A stretch of 64,000 bases of DNA from Candidatus Omnitrophota bacterium (lineage in GTDB: Bacteria > Omnitrophota > Gorgyraeia > 2-01-FULL-45-10): the NCBI GenBank assembly GCA_041663425.1, contig JBAYMS010000004.1, positions 2,213 through 66,212 on the forward strand, written 5' to 3'. Positions 59,194 through 64,000 of this stretch are shown here, piece by piece (within the stretch, counting starts at the first letter, position 1; every line of letters starts with the position of its first letter). Under the pieces are notes generated by a model, which did not search any database, was not told where the DNA came from, and saw only the letters and a program-made list of their open reading frames with translations. The position numbers and the translations under genes were made by a program.

Positions 59194-59817
59194 ATGGTCT
59201 ACTTCGTAGGATGGTCATTATTTTTCGTTTTCTTTAAAGCGTATCTTGGTTTCAAAGTGGTGGGGCGGGAAAATGTTCCCAAGAAGGGGGCTTTTATATT
59301 TGTCTCCAATCATGCCAGCTACTTTGACCCGATACTTTTGGGCACATCTATTCACAGAAGCCTTTATTATATGGCCCGGGAAAATCTTTTTGCGAAGGGA
59401 ATTTCTGACTGGATAATGAGAGGCGTTCACGCCTTTCCCGTAAAGCGTGGAACGGGTGATCTGGGTGCGTTGAGGCAGGCGCTTGCGATACTTGATGAAG
59501 GTAAACCTCTGGCGATGTTCCCAGAAGGGACGCGCGCTACAGATAAGGAATTGCGGTCCGCGAAGCCCGGAGTAGGTTTCATCGTGGCTAAGGCAGGAGT
59601 TCCGGTTGTGCCTGCTTACATTGCTGGTTCTCTCGAGGCGCTGCCGCGAAGCATAAAAACTCTTAAGAGGCACCCTGTTACTATATATATAGGTGAGCCG
59701 ATAGTTTTTGATGAAGCTATGAAACGTAAAAATAAAGAGGCGTATCGGGCTATGAGCGATGAAATAATGAGAAGGATCGCCATTTTAAGAGATGAGCATG
59801 TCGGTAAAGCTGGCTAA
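59194..59817 (+). CDS. plsC: 1-acyl-sn-glycerol-3-phosphate acyltransferase
   Basis: 207 aa; HXXXXD motif (NHASYFD) and FPEGTR motif. Confidence 0.9.
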   Translation: MVYFVGWSLFFVFFKAYLGFKVVGRENVPKKGAFIFVSNHASYFDPILLGTSIHRSLYYMARENLFAKGISDWIMRGVHAFPVKRGTGDLGALRQALAILDEGKPLAMFPEGTRATDKELRSAKPGVGFIVAKAGVPVVPAYIAGSLEALPRSIKTLKRHPVTIYIGEPIVFDEAMKRKNKEAYRAMSDEIMRRIAILRDEHVGKAG

Positions 59818-60664
59818 GAAGACGGGTTTTTGTTTCGGCGTCAAGCGTGCCGTTAGGATGGCAGAAGAGGCATTATCGGAAAAGAAGCCCATATATTCGC
59901 TTGGTTCGATAATTCATAATAAGCAAGTCGTTGGCAGGCTTTCCAAAAAAGGCCTTAAGGTAGTAGAGAATATAAATAATATCAAGAAGGGGGTGCTTGT
60001 AATATCCTCTCACGGGCTTAGCCCGAAAAAACAATCGTCTATAGCAAAGAGGGGTATAGACATCATCGATACAACGTGTCCGTTTGTGCTGAATGCGCAA
60101 AGGATAGCAAGGCGTCTGGCGAGTGAAGGCTATGTGGTTGTGATCGTAGGTGACGCACGCCATCCGGAAGTTAAAGCGCTGGTAGATTTTGCTGCGAAGA
60201 ACGTCCGCGTTGTAAAAGATAAGGCTCAGGCAAAGAAACTGAAGTTACGCAGAGCTGATAAAGTAAGTGTGATATCGCAGACGACCCAGTCTAAGGGCAA
60301 CTTTTCGGATGTTGTGAAGGTGATAGCTGCGAAGAAGCCGAAGGAGCTGGCGGTATTTAATACGATCTGCGAAGATGCTGAAACTAGGCAGGAGGACGCC
60401 AGAAGATTATCTGCTAAGGTAGATCTCATGATAGTTGTCGGCGGCCGGAACAGTGCAAATACGAAAAGGCTTCTTGACGTGAGTGCGGCAAATTCACCTG
60501 CTGCATATCTTATTGAAACGGAATCTGAGATCAAAGATGATTGGCTCGGATCGGTTAAATCGATAGGCATAACAAGCGGTGCTTCAACACCTGATTGGAT
60601 CGTTGAAAAAGTAATGAAAAAAATAAACACAAAGCTTCACAGAGCAAAATCAAAAAAATCCTAA
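59792..60664 (+). CDS. ispH: 4-hydroxy-3-methylbut-2-enyl diphosphate reductase
   Basis: 290 aa; three conserved Cys (GFCFGV, TTCPFV, NTIC) of LytB. Confidence 0.9.
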   Translation: MSMSVKLAKKTGFCFGVKRAVRMAEEALSEKKPIYSLGSIIHNKQVVGRLSKKGLKVVENINNIKKGVLVISSHGLSPKKQSSIAKRGIDIIDTTCPFVLNAQRIARRLASEGYVVVIVGDARHPEVKALVDFAAKNVRVVKDKAQAKKLKLRRADKVSVISQTTQSKGNFSDVVKVIAAKKPKELAVFNTICEDAETRQEDARRLSAKVDLMIVVGGRNSANTKRLLDVSAANSPAAYLIETESEIKDDWLGSVKSIGITSGASTPDWIVEKVMKKINTKLHRAKSKKS

Positions 60665-60674
60665 GAAAGGGGTT

Positions 60675-62297
60675 GTGTACGTAATGTCAGAAGAAAAAAC
60701 TAACAACATAGAAGAGCTGGAAAAAGAAGAATCGAAGGAGGGCAAGAAGATGAGTTTTGCCGACCTTTATCAGCAGAGCATCGTTGATATAAAGGAGGGG
60801 CAGATCGTCAAAGGTAAGATTATAGCTATAAACTCTAAGGATGTGGTTGTTGATATAGGGTACAAATCCGAAGGAGCTATCAATATTTCGGAATTTTCGG
60901 ATCCGGAAGCTATAAAGATCGGTGACGAAGTAGACGTGTATCTTGAATCTAAAGAAGATGAGAACGGTATGGTCGTTCTTTCGAAGCAGAAAGCCGAGCG
61001 TGCCGTGGGCTGGGAGATGGTAATATCCAGATATGGCGAAGGCGACATGGTCGATGGCAAAGTTTCCAAGAAGGTTAAAGGCGGTTTTATGGTCAATATC
61101 GGAGTTGAAGCCTTCCTTCCTGCGAGCCTTGCAGCGATGAAAGGCTTTGGCAATCTGAACCAGCTTATCGGTCAGACCTTTCCCTTCAAGATCGTAAAGA
61201 TAAATAAGGCGAGAAAGAATATAGTGGTGTCCCGTAAAGATGTGCTTCAGGCGCAGAAGGACGAGGACAAGAAGAAGATATTTGATGCGCTTCAGAAAGG
61301 TGCTATAGTGAGCGGCATCGTCAGGAATATAACCGATTTCGGTGCATTCGTGGATCTCGGAGCGGGAATGACGGGCCTTTTGCACATAACCGACATGAGC
61401 TGGGGCAGAGTTTCTCACCCAAGTGAAGTGCTGGCTATCGGCGATAAGATAGACGTTGTCGTTCTCGATTTTGATAAAGATTCAGGCCGTGTATCTCTGG
61501 GTCTTAAGCAGAAGACGCAGAACCCATGGGAACTCGTAGACAATAAGTATCCCGTTGGCAGCCGCATAAAGGGCAATGTTGTAAATCTCGTACCTTACGG
61601 TGCGTTTGTTGAGCTTGAAAAGGGAGTGGAAGGATTGCTCCATATTTCAGAGCTCTCCTGGACGAAGAAATACGCCAATCCTAATGAGCTCCTCGCTATA
61701 GGCGACAAGATCGAGGTTCAGGTGCTAGAAGTAGACAGGAATAACAAAAAGATATCCCTGGGTTTAAAGCAGCTTGAAGCAAATCCATGGGTAGGTGTTG
61801 AAGAGAAATATCCTGTTGGCACTAAAGTAAAAGGAAAGATAAGGAACCTCACCGACTACGGAGCTTTTGTAGAGCTAGAAGACGGTATTGATGGGCTAAT
61901 ACACGTCTCGGATATTTCATGGACAAAACGCATCGGCCACCCTAAAGATGTTTTCAAAAAAGGTGAGAAGGTCGAAGCTGTTGTTCTGGCCGCAGACGCC
62001 AATAACAGGCGTATATCTCTTGGAGTAAAGCAGCTTACGCCCGATCCGTGGGATGATATTGCCGTTAAGTATGTGGCAGACAGCATTATGGATGGGAAAA
62101 TTACCAAGGTTGCTAATTTCGGGCTCTTTGTGGAAATAGATAAAGACCTGGAAGGCCTCGTTCATATCTCTGAGATACCGCTTGCCGAAGGTGAGAAGCT
62201 CGAGGAGAAATTTAAAGCGGGGGACGACCTTAAGGTGAAGATAATGAAGGTTGACTCCATTCAGCACAAGATCGCGCTTAGTATTAAGGGCGCATAG
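60675..62297 (+). CDS. rpsA: 30S ribosomal protein S1 (six S1 repeats)
   Basis: 540 aa; repeated S1 modules (GxV.....GAFV.L..G..GL.H.S); classic cmk-...-rpsA synteny. Confidence 0.95.
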   Translation: MYVMSEEKTNNIEELEKEESKEGKKMSFADLYQQSIVDIKEGQIVKGKIIAINSKDVVVDIGYKSEGAINISEFSDPEAIKIGDEVDVYLESKEDENGMVVLSKQKAERAVGWEMVISRYGEGDMVDGKVSKKVKGGFMVNIGVEAFLPASLAAMKGFGNLNQLIGQTFPFKIVKINKARKNIVVSRKDVLQAQKDEDKKKIFDALQKGAIVSGIVRNITDFGAFVDLGAGMTGLLHITDMSWGRVSHPSEVLAIGDKIDVVVLDFDKDSGRVSLGLKQKTQNPWELVDNKYPVGSRIKGNVVNLVPYGAFVELEKGVEGLLHISELSWTKKYANPNELLAIGDKIEVQVLEVDRNNKKISLGLKQLEANPWVGVEEKYPVGTKVKGKIRNLTDYGAFVELEDGIDGLIHVSDISWTKRIGHPKDVFKKGEKVEAVVLAADANNRRISLGVKQLTPDPWDDIAVKYVADSIMDGKITKVANFGLFVEIDKDLEGLVHISEIPLAEGEKLEEKFKAGDDLKVKIMKVDSIQHKIALSIKGA

Positions 62298-62320
62298 CAT
62301 AGGAAAGCAGTTAAAGAAAG

Positions 62321-62352
62321 AGGCCGGGCTTATCAAAGTCCGGCCTTTTTTA
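62321..62352. terminator. Bidirectional rho-independent terminator between convergent rpsA and minus-strand gene
   Basis: GGCCGGG-9 nt loop-CCGGCC flanked by A-run upstream and TTTTTTATTTTT downstream. Confidence 0.65.
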
Positions 62353-62355
62353 TTT

Positions 62356-62883
62356 TTACTTCCTGTCGAAGTATGGATTTTTTCCTGTTACGCTCAGAGG
62401 TATTCCCAGGGCTTGATTTACACCTATGCCGAAAAGTTTAAGATCGAGGCAGGCTCTTCCGATGGAATACATTATCCTGTTATCTATGCGAAATTGGTTT
62501 GCGATAGCGGCTGCCGAGCTTACCGCTATGCCTAAGTCTATAGAGTTGTAGGCACAGGCGCCTTTTGATTTTTTGAGTGCTTCGCAGGTCGGATAGCCGC
62601 AATATCCGCAATTTAATCCGCTGGGATTCGACGCCACTCCGATAACCAAGATGACAGGAGAGAGCGCTATTGAGTTTGAGTCACGTTCGAAACTCGGCCT
62701 GGTCTCTTTTCGAGCTATCTCAGCCATCTTTACGACGAGGAGTTTCTTTGTGTTTTCATCGTCTATCGTGAGTATCTCAATATTATCAATGCCTCTGGTT
62801 TTCGGTGCTGTCCTTGCCGCGGCGGTCATATGACTTGCCGTAGCAATTATCGCTTCTTTTTCGAGCTCTGCGGATCTCTTCAT
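62356..62883 (-). CDS. DUF2148/COG4739-like ferredoxin-domain protein (function unknown)
   Basis: 175 aa; only convincing minus-strand gene in window; Cys cluster CGYCGYPTC...C; assignment to DUF2148 is from memory of the family and tentative. Confidence 0.5.
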   Translation of the reverse strand: MKRSAELEKEAIIATASHMTAAARTAPKTRGIDNIEILTIDDENTKKLLVVKMAEIARKETRPSFERDSNSIALSPVILVIGVASNPSGLNCGYCGYPTCEALKKSKGACAYNSIDLGIAVSSAAAIANQFRIDNRIMYSIGRACLDLKLFGIGVNQALGIPLSVTGKNPYFDRK

Positions 62884-62909
62884 AATTACCCCCCCATTAG
62901 AATTTTCAA

Positions 62910-62938
62910 TTGCGTATAACTAAATTAGCTAGTATAAT
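62910..62938 (+). promoter_or_regulatory. Sigma70-like promoter TTGCGT-N17-TATAAT ending 8 nt before ATG 62947 (leaderless-like); divergent from the minus-strand gene
   Basis: Hexamers and 17-nt spacer read directly. Confidence 0.4.
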
Positions 62939-62946
62939 AAATTTAT

Positions 62947-63315
62947 ATGAGAAATTATGTTTTGTCCATACTTATATTGGCTTTTTTGATGGTTTCAAAT
63001 AACTGCGAAGCTGGCTTAAGGGAGCTCAGGCAGATAGCATCCGCTCAGGATGACGCTCAAAGCACATATAAGGAAGAGACTAGAGCCTTTGAGCGTGTCA
63101 AGGCAGCTATTGACAGAGGAGATATCAAGAAGGGGCAGGCGAAGAAGGATATACGCAGCCTGTATGGTGAGCCCGTCGTCAATACAAGAGATATCGATAC
63201 ACGCAGAGATAAATGGATATATAAACCAGCCAAATCATCATTCTTTTCAGGCACCAAGGCATACCTGTATTTCGACAGGGATGATAAACTGGATGAAATT
63301 AAAATAGTGGAGTAA
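62947..63315 (+). CDS. Hypothetical small secreted protein
   Basis: 122 aa; signal peptide ([17 protein letters not shown]); no recognisable domain. Confidence 0.5.
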   Translation: MRNYVLSILILAFLMVSNNCEAGLRELRQIASAQDDAQSTYKEETRAFERVKAAIDRGDIKKGQAKKDIRSLYGEPVVNTRDIDTRRDKWIYKPAKSSFFSGTKAYLYFDRDDKLDEIKIVE

Positions 63316-63317
63316 TT

Positions 63318-64000
63318 GTGGAAAAGAGTATTGATAAACAGTTAGAGCTGATAAGCCGCGGCACGGTTGAGATAATACAGGCGGAAGGGCTTAAAAAGAA
63401 GCTCGAACATGCCATAAAAGAAAACAAGCCCCTTGTCGTTAAGGCGGGATTTGACCCCACAGCCCCCGATATTCACTTAGGCCACACCGTATTATTAAGG
63501 AAGATGAGGCATTTTCAGGATCTTGGGCATAAGGTTGTGTTCCTGATAGGTGATCACACGGCTATGATAGGCGATCCTTCGGGCGCATCCAAGACGCGTC
63601 CTCAGCTTACACGTCAGCAGGTTGAGGAGAATGCCAGGACATACGAAAAGCAGATATCCAGAGTGCTTGACCACAAAAAACTTGAGATACGGTTCAATAG
63701 CGAATGGCTTGGCAAACTGGACATAGTCCAGATAGGTGAGCTTATGGGCAGGTATTCAGTCCAGAGGATGCTTGAGAGGGATGATTTTTCCGAACGTTAT
63801 AAACAGCAGAAGAATATAACTATGCTTGAGTTTTTATATCCGCTTCTGCAGGGATATGACTCTGTAGCTCTCAAGGCAGATGTCGAAATCGGCGGTAATG
63901 ACCAGAAATTCAATCTGCTCGTCGGACGTAATATCCAGGGTGCATATGGGCAGGATGCTCAGGTAGTAATAACCATGCCGCTTCTCGAAGGTCTCGACGG
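63318..64000 (+). CDS. tyrS: Tyrosine--tRNA ligase (5' partial, runs off window end)
   Basis: GTG start with RBS ggag; HIGH motif ([12 protein letters not shown]) and TyrRS-type core; no stop before position 64000. Confidence 0.85.
   Translation, partial: MEKSIDKQLELISRGTVEIIQAEGLKKKLEHAIKENKPLVVKAGFDPTAPDIHLGHTVLLRKMRHFQDLGHKVVFLIGDHTAMIGDPSGASKTRPQLTRQQVEENARTYEKQISRVLDHKKLEIRFNSEWLGKLDIVQIGELMGRYSVQRMLERDDFSERYKQQKNITMLEFLYPLLQGYDSVALKADVEIGGNDQKFNLLVGRNIQGAYGQDAQVVITMPLLEGLD

Overview
This window is a densely packed, almost entirely plus-strand housekeeping segment: 63 of 64 predicted genes are on the + strand. It appears to come from a diderm (LPS-containing) bacterium with moderate-to-low G+C, possibly an uncultivated lineage; taxonomy cannot be determined from this window.

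Gene blocks in order:
- ilvH-ilvC-leuA, then aroE-pilD-aroC-aroK
- dprA-topA-xerC
- a roughly 1.4 kb anomalous cassette at 10664-12035 (described below)
- a very large lipid A / Kdo / heptose / LPS-core and LPS-export supercluster at 12036-32781: waaA, lpxK, an lpxL-ELM1 fusion, a GT4-GT9 fusion, a GT4, a CE4 deacetylase, three more GT9 heptosyltransferase-like genes, then ychF / PNPOx-like / deoxyhypusine-synthase-like genes, then hldE kinase, kdsB, kdsA, kdsD, kdsC, a second lpxL, a lipoprotein LptC/LptA-like gene and lptB
- tig-clpP
- serC (class V)-serA plus a short LeuA/NifV-like synthase
- purA, an OmpA/Pal-like lipoprotein
- uppS-cdsA-dxr-rseP-ispG-proS
- rimP-nusA-infB-trpS
- scpA-scpB
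- an aromatic amino-acid operon: pheA, hisC-like, DAHP synthase, tyrA
- cmk-plsC-ispH-rpsA
- a lone minus-strand DUF2148-like ferredoxin-domain gene, a small secreted protein, and the 5' part of tyrS.

I found no rRNA, tRNA or CRISPR array.

The most unusual feature is the cassette immediately downstream of xerC. It is a compositionally distinct, AT-rich orphan ORF encoding a membrane-anchored coiled-coil protein with its own promoter and a palindromic operator. It is bracketed by two inverted copies of a roughly 85-nt structured element. Each copy is predicted to fold as a three-way junction of a closing stem plus two hairpins, with compensatory stem changes between the copies. Each copy is itself flanked by a pair of short mutually inverted hairpins, which looks like a MITE or a novel repeat/ncRNA family.

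Other notable items are domain fusions in the LPS cluster (LpxL-ELM1, GT4-GT9), four tandem GT9 domains that each carry a C-terminal Cys4 motif, a deoxyhypusine-synthase-like gene embedded in the LPS cluster, a YchF with degenerate G1/G3 motifs, and two apparently leaderless promoter-gene arrangements.
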